A stretch of 64,000 bases of DNA, taken from NCBI GenBank assembly GCA_050613775.1, contig JBODTK010000001.1, positions 2,108,001 through 2,172,000 of the forward strand, read 5' to 3'. The notes under the pieces are model-generated. The model did not search any database. It was not told the DNA's origin and saw only the letters and a program-made list of their open reading frames with translations. Below are positions 30,732 through 50,211 of the stretch, one piece after another. Position numbers and translations under genes: made by a program. The stretch comes from Neocallimastix sp. 'constans' (taxonomy: Eukaryota). Position 1 is the stretch's first letter; each line of letters starts with the position of its first letter.

Positions 30732-31190
30732 ATGAAATTGTCAAGAGAATCATCAAATATAATATTTATTAATAATGAATCATTATATTCATCTTATTCT
30801 ATATATCAAATAATTTACCCAATAATAATATTAAGTTTGGGCTTAACTATTTCAATGTTATTTTATTCTATTTATAATTACTGTCAAAAAAAGGAAAACT
30901 CACAATATGCATTCTTATCTGTTTTTAAATCTTTAAAAGAATGGAGAGAAAAATTAAGTATTTATCAAAATATTATAAGTGATAATAAATTCAAGACCAC
31001 TGATAAATCTTCATCATTATTGTCTTCACCTAAAAAGGTTTTAGATAAATTAATTAACAAATCTGAAGTATCAGAAGAAATACAAGATGACACTATTAAC
31101 AATGCATTAAAAAATGATAAAAAATTTATTGTTAAAATTACTCAATCTAAGAAAAATTTATTCTTTAACAAGGTTAGAATTTTTCTTTTT

Positions 31191-31228
<38 letters not shown>

Positions 31229-32395
31229 TATTATTTATTTTATTTAATTTAAGAAATGATTAATTAATTTTTAAATATGATACAAAATATACCATTATAA
31301 AAAATGATTTTATAATAACTAATTAAAACATTATGTAATTATTATTAAATAAAAATATTAATATTTTTTATTTAATAATAATTACATGATTATATATTTA
31401 TATATATATATATATTATATCTATATATTATATCTATATTATTTATTTAAATAATTATATTTATATATCAATTAAACATTCAATATATATAGATTAAGAA
31501 TGGTTTTATTATAACATATATCAATTATTATAAATATAAAAATTTATCTTTAAATAAATTAAAATCTTTAAAAATTATACCCATTCATCAATCTTTTATT
31601 TATAATTATTTAAGAAATCAATATTATTTTATTCAATATTTATTAATATCACATTCAAACCAATGGAAAGAGCGGGTTACTCAAATTGGAAAACTCATTT
31701 TACCCATTAAGAAAAAAAATAATGATAAACATACTTTTGAAAATGAAAATAATATTGTATATCAAAATGATATTACTAAAATTTTTAATACAACTTTTGA
31801 TAATTTAATAGAAAATAGTATTAATGAGGATTATATAGATCCATGTTTTCCTAAAGAATCTATATCATCATTGTCACCATCATTATCATTATCTTCTTCT
31901 AACAACTTAACGGATAAATCATCATCCACTTGTTCCATAAATAATTCAATTATTCCTAAGAATACTACTGTAAAACTTAAAAAATTTCATTTTGATTATT
32001 ATAGTAAAAAAATTATTTTCCATCCTAATAGTTTATATTATGAACAAAATGCAAAAAAATATAATACTTTAGAAGCAAATTTCGAAAAAGATCTTCAATT
32101 CTCTTCAGTTACAATAGTTTTAACTACTGGTAATCAAAAGAAATTACCTTACTTCCCTAGATTCCCATGGTATTGGGATGGAGTAGAACTTTTTACTGGT
32201 ATTTCTATTCGTCCAAAACCCTTTTATCATCCAGATTATTTATCCATAAATTGGAAACCAAAGAAAAATTTCATCAAATCTAATGACAAGACTACAACAT
32301 TAATTATCAATAATACATCTTCATTAAAATTAATAAATGAAAATTTGAATAGACAAAACTTTACTCTTTCTTTAGCTCGAACAAATTCATTTTAG
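30732..32395 (+). CDS. Hypothetical protein with one N-terminal TM helix, 2 exons, 447 aa
   Basis: Exon 1 is 30732-31172 (AAG|GTTAG) and exon 2 is 31493-32395 (TAG|ATT), in frame with the track ORF 31871..32395. TM segment IIYPIIILSLGLTISMLFYSIY; aromatic C-terminal motif PYFPRFPWYWDGVELFTGISIRPKPFYHPDYL. Confidence 0.75.
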
Positions 32396-32461
32396 AAAAT
32401 TGTAGATATTTAAAATTTATTTAAAAAAATAAAAATAGAATAGTAATAATTAGTAAATATT

Positions 32462-32496
<35 letters not shown>

Positions 32497-34083
32497 ATTT
32501 GTATTTAAAATAAATTGGAATATATTAAATAATTTTATATTTAAAATTAATTAATGTATTCTATATTGATTATATAATTTATTTAAATAGTACATTAATA
32601 TATTTCATTTTTATTTATTTCTTTTTATATATAAACAATATATTATGGAAAGATACTTTATATAATATAGAGTTTCTTTAAATTATCCATAATTTAAGAG
32701 TATACAATATAATATATGTTATATAGACATAATAGATTTTAGAAATATAGTATTAATTTGTTAAATTTCAATATTAAATTTATAAAAAAAAATTGTAATT
32801 ACTATCAATATATTAATATTCATAATATTGATTATGTAATAATGTAATATTATGTAATATATGTATTTAATTTAAATTCGTTCAAATATATATATATATA
32901 AATAAAATATAAGAATAAAATATAATTGAAAAGATTGATTAAATGAAAAGATTGATTAAATGAAAATATAAATAGAATTTTATTTATTTATTTATTTATT
33001 TATTTTATTTTCTTTTTGTTTTTCTACTACAGTTTGTTTATTTCAATAGAAATATTTCTATATAATTAATATAAGTTTAGTAAGTAAATTGATAAAATAT
33101 GATAATAATGTTAATAATTTCTTTTAATCAATTATAATATGCATTGTAAATCAGATTTTATAATTGATTTTTATTTAATCATTTCATTTTTTTTTTTTTA
33201 TTTAAAATAGGTATATGCTTTTTTTTTTTTTTTTTTTTTTTTTTTTCATTTATAATGTTAGATTTATTTTAAATACATTGATTTTATGAATACATAAAGC
33301 TTTCTACAATTCTAATAGAGTGTTGTTCTTAGCATTTTTAATACTTATTCAAAAATGAATTAAAAAATTTTGGTTATTGATATAAAAATCAAATATTGTA
33401 AAAAGTGTAATAGTAATTGGAGTATTATTCATTTATTGGTTTCAGTTTTAATTTTATTTATAATGTTAAATTATTAAGATTGTATTTAAACCATTCATTA
33501 ATTTGTCAAAACAGAATGAATTTTTTCCCACCTTTTTAAAATAAAATGAAATATTAGACTAGAAAAGAAAATTCTTGTATGTTTCGATTTTTTTTTTTTT
33601 TTTTTTTTTTTATATTATTTTTAAATATAAATATATATTATTATTATAATAATAGAATATATATTCTATCTATTATATTTTAAAAAATTTATTTTGTAAC
33701 TATTTTAATAAGTTAATAATGTTTAATATTTAATATTTATAATATAAATGAAATAATAAAATATTACAAATATATTTATCTATTTATTTCATTAACAAAG
33801 AGAAAAAGAAAAAGAAAAAGATTATTAAGAAAAAATAATAAAAAAAAGAAACCTTTATTTTAATTGGTGGCAAAGTAAATATAATCAAAACACTTCAAAA
33901 TGTAATAATTATATAAATTATATAATAATAATTATTAAAAAAATTAATTATATTCATTTATATATTAATTTCAAATTATAATATTATATTGATTATTATT
34001 ATTATTATATATATATTTATTTATTACATATTTTATAATAATTTTGTTATTCATATTTTCTATTTATTTGATAATAGTAGTTA

Positions 34084-34117
<34 letters not shown>

Positions 34118-34256
34118 TACTATTTTTACTACAATTTTAATTATTATATACTATTATCATCATTTATATTATTAATTATTACTTTTAATTATTATAATCA
34201 TTTACTCATTTATATATGTTCATTTATTATTATTCATATTTTTTTGCTTATTTATT

Positions 34257-34288
<32 letters not shown>

Positions 34289-35337
34289 GTAAATATTTAG
34301 TAATTTTATTAAAGAATAAATATATATAAAAATATACTGTATATTTTAGAGTATATAAATATTAAAATAATTTTTAAAAATAATAAAAGTTTTAATTAAT
34401 AAATATATTCTATTAAAATATATTTTTTATTTAAATTTTTACAATACAAATTAGTTTTAGTTATTTACTAGATATTAATGGTTTTAATAATAATAATAGT
34501 TAATCATTATAATTTTTATCTTTATTGTTAATATATTCATTATCACTAATTATTATTATTAAAATTATTATTATATATAATTATATTTAATTATAGTTTA
34601 TTTTAGAACTTTATATATTAATATTTTTATTTAATATATAAAATCCAGATTATGAAACATTAAAAATATTTTAAAAAAAATAATAAAAACTAGTTCATAA
34701 CAATATATTATATTTAAATTTTTTTTTTATTCAAGAATTTAGAATTTTAAGATTATATACTTTTCTATAATTTATATATAATAATGAATATATTAAAATT
34801 TAAACTATGAATTAATTATTGAATATATATTCCTAATACATTTATACATACATGTAAATATGCATATACCATTATACATATATCATATTATTACATCATA
34901 TAACCAATATATATATAACAAAATTAAAGTTTTTCTTCCATAAATATTTTAAATTGGTAATTATATTTATCTTGTTATAAATGTATTTTTTCTATATTTA
35001 TATATACTAAATATTTTTTTTTTTTTTATTCTCTTGTGATAATACTAATAATATAAATATAATAAAATTCTATCTATAATTTTTTTCTAGAATTTTGAAA
35101 CTTTTATAAATATATAAATTATTATTTATATTATATATTTTAATAACTTTATAATAAATATTATTAAAGAGTTATATGAAGTTTTTTAAAGAAATTTAAA
35201 TTTAAAAAGTATTTTTCGTGTTATTAAAAAGGAAATTGATAAAATAAAATATAATAATTTTGATATTTTGATATAAAAAGAAGTATAAAATATCAGTAAT
35301 AATTATTTAATTATTTCTAATATATATTTGGTAAAAA

Positions 35338-40803
<5,466 letters not shown>

Positions 40804-41663
40804 TTTAAATATTAAATAATTTTTTAAAAAAAGGAATTTTTTATACCATTTATTATACTTTAATAAAATATATTTATGATTATTTTTATTTAAAAAATGT
40901 TAAGAAACTATTTTAAAAATATAATTTTATTTTTTAATGGAAACCTATTATATAAAAATATAATTATTTTAAAAAATACTATATTTTATTATATAATTTA
41001 CTTAATGTTAAATTAAAATATAATAATTAAATCATATAAATAAAAGAATAAATAAATAAAATATTTAAAAATATTAAATTTTTTCTAAATATTATTGATT
41101 TATTAATTGTATTAAATTATATAAATTATATTATTTATTATACTTTTCATCTTTTACTAAACATTTTTATGTCACCTCAAATAATAAAAAAAAAAGTTTA
41201 AATTGTTTAATTTACTTTTATTTATTATTGGGAATCAATTTATTAAAATAATATAATTTTTTGAACTTTATTTATATTTAATTTCTAATTATAAGAATTT
41301 TTATTATTAAAATATTTTAACTATTGACAAAAAAAGAAATGATATATTAATATATTAATATATAATACATAATAATATAATATTGAAATATGAAAATACT
41401 TTTAGTATATTAAATATCAATAAAATTATTATAAGTTACCGTTTGAATAGTTTCTTTTTTTTTTTTTTTTTTAAAAAAAAAAATAATATATATATTAAAC
41501 AATAATTAACAATTAATAAGTAAAAATTAATAATTTATTTGGTTTTTCGATACATTAATTTTTAATAATTATTAATATATTATTTTATATATTTTAAAAT
41601 AATTAAAAAATATTAATCATAATATTATTTATATATATTATAATAGTAAAAAAGTGATAAATA

Positions 41664-41696
<33 letters not shown>

Positions 41697-42518
41697 AATA
41701 AAAACATGTTTTTTTAATTTTTTATGTTATTATTTTTTTATATTTTTTATATATAAATTTTAATTGCATGGAATATTATTAAAATAATATTAATATACTA
41801 TTTAAATATTTAATAATAACAATACAGTATAGTATTATTTTATATAAATAATTAAAAATAATAATTTATTTATAATAATAAAATGTAAAACTTTTTTTTT
41901 CTGTAATATAATAATTATATGTATTTATTTGTATTTAATAATTTATTAATATTAATAATTATATTGAATATAATAATCTATTAAATACAAATATTTTTTT
42001 TCTAAAAATTTGATTAAAAAAATTTACAGAAATTTTAAAAAATTACTCTAAAGTTCTATAAATCATATAAATCAAAAAACTTAAAAAAAAAAATAAAAAA
42101 ATAAAGAGACTAAAGCTTTATTAATATTACTTTTATTTTTTATTTTTTTTTTATTTTTTTTTTTATTTTTTTTGGTTTTTTTTTTTTTGTTTTATATTTT
42201 ATATTATTTAAAATTATATATATATATTTATATACTTAAATAATAAAAAAATATATTAATTTATGGATAATTAATGATTACTATACTATATAAAAAAGAA
42301 AATAAAAGAATGGAACCATAAAAAATAATAGATTAATTATAATATTTTCATTAATATATTCCTTTTAATATATATTATTTTTTATTTATTTATTTATTTT
42401 TTTATTTTCTAAATTATTATAATATATATTATATTTACTATCAATAAAGGTAAAATATATAAATATATATTTAATTTAAAAATATGTTTATAATGATTTT
42501 TATTAATATTATCTTCCT

Positions 42519-42550
<32 letters not shown>

Positions 42551-42763
42551 TCGATTCTATTTTTGTATATCTATAATTTATAACTTTTATAAACTTAATA
42601 TTGTTATAAAAAAAATAATAAACAAATAAATAAATAATAAAAAAATTTAAAATAATAATAATAATAAAAGAAAAAAACATATAAATAGAATAATATACAT
42701 TCTTTATATAATTCTTAAAATAGTAGAAATTGTTTAATAATACCTAAACAAAAATTAAAAATT

Positions 42764-43841
42764 ATGAATTTTCAACAGAATTCAATGGGACAAATGCAGA
42801 ATGTGACTGCAAATGTTCCTCTTTATACAAATTCAACAATGACTACTGCACAATTACAGCAGCTATATCAACAACAAAAAAGAATGCAAGCTTATGTTGC
42901 AAGACAAGAACATGAAAAGAAAGAATTGGAGGCAAGCAAAAAAGAAGAAGGGTTTTCCTTAATATATAATATTGATGGAAATAATCCTGTTAGTAGTTTA
43001 TCACCCGCTTTAAGCGCACCCGATACAAATGAAAAATTAAACGAAGTAAAAATAATATTAAATAATAAATTTAATGAGAGTAATAATAAAACTCAAAAAA
43101 ATAATTTACCAGGAACAAATTTAGCACAAACATCATCCCCCAAAATAGCAATTTCTTCAACAAATTCCGAGCCTCCAACTTCTTCAAATAATAAAGTACA
43201 ACCAACTACAAATACTAATACAAATACTAATACAAATACTAATACAAATACTACTACAAATACTACTACAAATACTAATATAAGTAATACTACAAATACT
43301 ACTATTAATACTACTACAAACACTACTACAGAAAAAACAGCAGAAAAAACAGTTGAAAAAACAGTTGAAAAAACAGCAGAAAAAAAACCAAATCATGAGC
43401 ACAGAAAAAGTCACAGAGTGTCCAGTCATGGTCATAGACTTTCAAGTCATGGCCATAGATTATCTAGTCATGGACATAGACTTTCAAGCCATAGATTATC
43501 AAAACATAGACATTCTAGAAGTTCATTTGATGAGAAACGCCATCATCATAGAAGTAATTTAGTTACATCAACAACAATAGATGAAGATAATAAAGAGCAT
43601 CGTGAAAAAGCGACGAAATCATTATACGTAAGTAGTCACGAACATCGTAAAAGTAGAAGAGTTTCAAGAGTTAGAGATTCAGATAGAAGGCATAGTCGCC
43701 ATCATAGACCTAAAAGTCATTATCATGAAAGTTCAGCTAATGAAGAAACTTCAAATACATCTGAAGGAATTAAATCAAAAAGTGAAGATCAAGTCAAATT
43801 TCCACCAAGATATAGTTCTCATGTCAATCCAGATAATGTAA

Positions 43842-43893
<52 letters not shown>

Positions 43894-46800
43894 TAATTTA
43901 TTTCATTACTAATTTTTTTTTTTATTTAATATGGTATATTTTTTAAAAAATATATATGGTTTATATTTATTTATAAAATTAAAAGTACGTTGATATTAAT
44001 TTATTAAGTCGTAGTGAATGTATCCGAAAAACAGTATCTGATATTATAGAAGGAAATAATTTCAATTATGATAATTTGAATAAAACAAAACTCAATGTAA
44101 TAGGATTTAGAATAATTAATAGTGATCCATCTCAACATTCCACTTCAATTCATATTATAAGAGTTCCTAAGCATTCGTCCCTTGAATGTAAATCCAGTAG
44201 TATTGTTTTAAAATCATCATCTATTAATGCTCATGAAAATAAAGATAATATTTTTATTCATTTATTAAAAGTAAGAGTTAATCCAAAAGAAGAAGAAAAA
44301 ATTATTATAGATATGATAAGTAATGTAATAATTAAATTAATGAATTATTTATCAAATGATGCAAATAAAAAAGGAAATTTACAATCACCTGAAGATCTAA
44401 GTACCAAAAATAACACTATGACTATATGCTTTGAAGCGTGGAGTCCAAAAAAATTACTAGAATTTAATACAGGAGATCAAATCGATGTAAATAATATTGG
44501 TATTAGTAATAATCTATATGACGGTTATAAGCAATTTTATACTGAAAAACTAAGTGAATTAATTAAAAGTGAAAAAGAGAAAAATATTATGATTTTTATA
44601 TCAGAGAACAAAGTTCAAAATAATCATATACCCATTATTCATAATAAGTCAATTGACGATACAAAATTACCTCCTAGATTAGAAAGTCAATCATTTAAGG
44701 AAGTATATGATAAATATCAAAATGTCAAAAACGAAAACATAGAAGTTTCAACATTATTTGGTAATGAAAAATTAAATAATAATGAACCTACAAATATTGT
44801 TAATAATTTTGAATATATAATAGTTCCAAAAATTACTATCATTTCAGCATCGAAAGACGAAGCAGATGATAAACTTGATATAGATAAAATTAAAAAGCGT
44901 AGAGAAAGCCGAAGGCCAATTAGTACTATAGATCGCGACGGTAGAAGAAAAAGTAGAATACCAAGTAGTTCTTCTGAAAGATTGAGTGGTAAAGAAAAAG
45001 AAAATAGAAATTCAAGAAGTAGAGAAAGAGATAGCAATAAAGATAGAGATAGAGTCAGAAGAAGTAGTAGAGCAAGAAGTATGAGCAAAGAAAGAGGAAG
45101 TAATAGTAATAACAGTAAAGAGCATGAATCTCCAAAACTGGAAGAAAAAGAAAAAGATCAAAAACCAAAGGGACCAATCATTATTAAAAAAGAAAAAGGA
45201 AGATTAATGAATAAAATGGGTCAGAAAACATATAGAGTATCACAACTTGCAACTAATATTCTTACTATATCAGATTCGGATTCTGAAAATGATAATAATG
45301 AAAAAGAACAAGAAAATGTGAATAAATCCAAAAAAGTGGATACAATTACGGAAGAAGATGAAGATGAAGATGAAGATGAAGAAGAAGAAGATGATGATGA
45401 TGATAAACCCCTTGCTCAATTCGGAAATAATATTCCAACTGATATGAATATAAATATGAATGGCATTAATATGAATATGAATATGAATGGAATGAATAAT
45501 ATGAACGATATTAATTTGAATGGTATGAATTTGAATGGTATAAATATGAATGGTATGAATTTGAATGGTATGAATTTGAATGGTATGAATATGAATGGTA
45601 TGAATATGAATGGTATGAATCTGAATGGTATGAATCTGAATGGTATGAATTTGAATGGTATGAATTTGAATGGTGTAAATCTAGATACTATGAATTTGAA
45701 TAATATGAATTTGAATAATATGAATTTGAATAATATGAATTTGAATAATATGAATTTGAATAATATGAATTTGAATGGTATGAATATGAATGATATGAAT
45801 ATGAATGGCATGAATATGAGTGATATGAATATGAATGATATGAATATGAATATGAATAGTATGAATTTGAATAGTATGTTAATGAACAATATGATTATGA
45901 ATGGTATAAATATGAATGGAATGAATATGTATAATATGAACATTAATGGAATGAATATGAATAATATAAATATGGGTAATATGGACATAAATGATATAAA
46001 CATGAATAAAGCAAATATAAATATGAATAATACAAATATAAGTAATTCAAATATGAATAATTCAAATAAAGATAATTCAATTAAGGATAATTCAATTAAG
46101 GATAATTCAAATATGAATAATTCAAAAATGGATAATTCAAATATGGATAATTCAAATATAAAAAATACAAGTATGAATGATAATACAAATATAAAAGATT
46201 CTAATATAAATAATATGAATATAAAAAATGCTGATATGAATGATATGAATATAAAAAATGCTAATATAAATGATATAAATATAGAAAGTACTAGTAATAA
46301 TAATGGTAATAATAGTAATAATAATTCAAATGATAATAATATGAACACTTTGACAAGAAATACAATATATAGTCTTTATAATACTAGTTTTTCATCAGAT
46401 GAAGTTCCTGTATTTCCAAGAAAGAAAAATAAGTATAAACTTGGAACGAAATCTACTGTTATAGAAAATATAAAACATGAACAAAAAAGTAATATTAATA
46501 ATAATAAAAGTAATGTATTATCTAATACTCAAATAATACCAAAACAACCTGAAAATATGAATAGATTAGCAGCAAATAATAATACTAATTCAGCAGATAA
46601 CGATGCTTCAGATATTATGTTTTCAGATTTATTAGCTCATTTTAATTTAAATATAAGTAAATCACCTCAAATGACAGCATCCCCTAATTCTACTAAAGTA
46701 AATGATAAGAAAAATATAGAAAATGAAATCAATACCCTCAGTAATAATGTTGCAAAAATTGATATTAATAAAGATTCTAAGAATCCTAATGATAATTCTC

Positions 46801-49800
46801 TTATTTTGGGTGATGATCTCTTAAGTAATACCATTAGACAAGCTCTATTTTCTGAATGGGATATGAATATAAGTTTAAATATGGATGATAAAAAAGAAAA
46901 TAATGTTAATGCAACTTCTTCAAATAATTTGAACTCTATGACTGGTATGAATACATATGACATTAATAAAGTTAATACAAATACAACTAATATAAATAAT
47001 AATGTTATTAATAATAATACTCAGGGTAACTTATATTTAATTTTTTCATAAAATTTAAATATATTTAAAATATAAAGGAAAATATATATATATATATATA
47101 TTTAATATTAATATACTTAATTAAATTTTTAATTTATTAATTTTTTATATAGTTTCAATGAATAATTCAATAAATGCTAAGAACCTTGGAAATGCTCTTG
47201 CTTTCCAACCCGAAACTATGACTAGTCCAACAATTAGTAGTCCAGCATTAAGTAATACTAGTGATGGTACACATCAATCATCTAAAGTAAAACCTACTAG
47301 AAAAAACAGACACAAATCAACAAAGTCAATTGCAAGTGCCGAAAGTCCTGGATTACGAAGTCCTGGACTTTCACAACAGAACAATACAAACCCGAATATT
47401 TCACCAATAAATCAACAACAACAAAATATTAATGATCCTCAATATCAATATAAATTACGTCAATCTCAACATATTAAGGCACAATGGCAAAAACAATTAA
47501 TGTTACAACAGCAACAACAATTATATGAGCAAGAAAAACAAGAAATGGAAAGATTGGAAAAGCAAAGAGAAGAACAAGAAAGAATAGAAAAAGAAAGAGT
47601 TGAAAAAGAAATGTATGAACAAAAAATAGAACAACAAAGATTGGAACAACAGAGATTAGAACAACAGAGATTAGAGCAACAAAGATTGGAACAGCAAAAA
47701 TTAGAACAGCAAAGATTGGAAAAAGAAAAAATAGAAAAAGAAAAAATGGAGAAAGAAAAGAAGGAAAGAGAAAGAATAGAAATGGAAAAATTAGAAAAAG
47801 AAAGAATAGAAAAAGAAAGAATCGAAAAAGAAAAAAGGGAAAGAGAAAAATTGAAACAAACAATAATTGAAAATGAGAGAAAAGAAAGAGAAAGGTTAGA
47901 GAAAGAAAAATTAGAAGTAGAAAGAATTGAAAAGGAAAGAATTGAAGAACAAAATAATTTAGAAGATATCGAAGAACAAAAACGTCAACTTCAATTACTG
48001 GCAGAAGAAACACAAAATATGATGATTCCAAAGAAACAAAAGAAAAAATCGCCTATTACAAGTCAATCTTCATATTCTGGTTTTCAAATACCATCAAAGA
48101 ATAAAATTCAACCAATTAATACATCTATTTCCTCAAATTATATACCATCCAATAAAAATAATAATAATCTTGAAATGAGTAATTTCTTTGGTCAAATAGG
48201 TCAAATGACTAATATTAGTTCTTCAAGTCCATTAATTGATTTTAATATGTTTGATTTCAACTCTCCTCTATCTTCTACTTTTAATAATGACCAAACTTCC
48301 ATTACACCTAAAGCCCAAGACCCTGTTCAACCTCATAGTCAATTACAATATCAACCAATAAATCAATTACAATCCCCTCCTCAAATGCAAACGCAATATC
48401 AACCACAATCTCCACCTCACATACAATCACAATACCAACCACAGTCACCACCTCAAATGCACTCACAATATCCACCACAATCTCCACCTCAAATGAAATC
48501 ACAATATCCACCACAATCTCCACCTCAAATGAAATCACAATACCAACCACAGTCTCCACCTCAAATGAAATCACAATACCAACCACAATCTCCACCTCAA
48601 ATGAAATCACAATATCCACCAAAATCTCCACCTCACAATCAATTACAATATCCACCACAATCTCCACCTCATAATCAATTACAATATCCACCACAATCTC
48701 CACCTCATAATCAATTACAATATCCACCACAATCTCCACCTCATAATCAATTACAATATCCATCACAATCTCCACCTCACATGCAACCACAACATCCATC
48801 TCCATCCAAATTAACTCTTCAGTCAGCTCCTCATGTTCAAACACCATATCAACAATATCAACCACCATCCCAAGTCCAACCAATGAATACAAGTCCAACC
48901 ACCATGGCTAAAACAATATCCACATCTGTTTATTCAAATCCATATTCCACTATTCAATCTGTTTCATCATCTGACGTTACCACTACATCTTCTGAAATTA
49001 ATGCTATAAATAGTAATTCAATTCCATCTAATATTCAGTCTTCTACTGTATATAAAAAAGATTTGCAAACCTATCCACCAAATTCCCTTGAAACTGAAAT
49101 GATAAATTCAAAGTCAAAAAAGAAGACTCATAAACTCAGAACTAGTCCAACTACAAATACTAATATTAATGATAATATAAATAATGTAAAAATAGCATCT
49201 ACTGCTAACGTAATTTCTATAGTATCTTCAAGTTCTCTATCTAATAATAACCCAATAAGTGCAAATATTTATATTAACGAAGATGTTGATGATGATAATG
49301 ATAAAAAAGATAATATTCAAAATTTGCCTGAATCCAATGGACCATCATCAATGACTTCATCTAATAATAACATTAATATCAATGATAGCAATAATAATAA
49401 TAATAACAATAGTAACAAGAATAATAATAATGAGAATAAAGAGAATGTTAAAAATGATACTAATAATAATACTGATAATAATAATAATGATAATGATAAT
49501 GATGATAATGATAATGATAATGAGGATGATGATAATAATGAGGATGATGACAATGCTGAGAACAATGATAATCAGAGTCAAGTAAGTCCTATGAATAATT
49601 TAATGAACGGTATGAATATGATGAATGGTATGAACATGAATAATATGATGCCAAATATTAATGGAATACCTATTATGCCAGGAATGTTTATGATGCCTGG
49701 TATGAATGGAATGAACTTTATGAACATGAATATGAATGGTATAGGAATGAACAATATGAATAATAGTACTTTTAATGATGCTAATTCTAGTACAACAACT

Positions 49801-50211
49801 TCTCCAACATCTGCTTCAACAAACAATACCAATAATATGAACATGATGAATTATATGGGTATGAATGGAATGGGTATGGGTATGCCAATGAATATGATGG
49901 GAATGCCATTGAGTGGAATGAATGGAATGAATAATATGATGGATATAAATAGTATGAATAATAATATGATGGATATGATGCGTATGAGTATGATGCCTGG
50001 TTATGGCATGATGGGTATGCCTATGATGGAACAAACAACAAAAAAGAAGAAGAAGAAGAAGAAGAGTATTGCTTCAAATGATGTTGAAGATGATGATGAT
50101 GAATGGGAAACTATTTCAGTAGCAAGTCGTAAGAGTAATGCAACAACTTCAAGTCGTAAAAGTAAAAAGAAAAAGAATAGATCAAGATCTAAAAGTACAA
50201 GTCAGGTTTAA
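42764..50211 (+). CDS. Giant low-complexity multi-repeat protein, 3 exons, 2390 aa, function unknown
   Basis: Exons 42764-43837 (AAT|GTAAC), 43986-47025 (AAG|TAC...G|GTAAC) and 47153-50211 (TAG|TT) join the three long track ORFs in frame (7173 nt). It contains SSHGHRL, MNLNG, EQQRL/EKERI and QYPPQSPPxxxx repeats. Confidence 0.85.

Noticed and set aside
43093..50034. Antisense hydrophobic ORFs (e.g. 45416..46348, 47474..48031, 48308..48898)
   Set aside because: Shadows of repetitive sense-strand codons in the 2390-aa gene.
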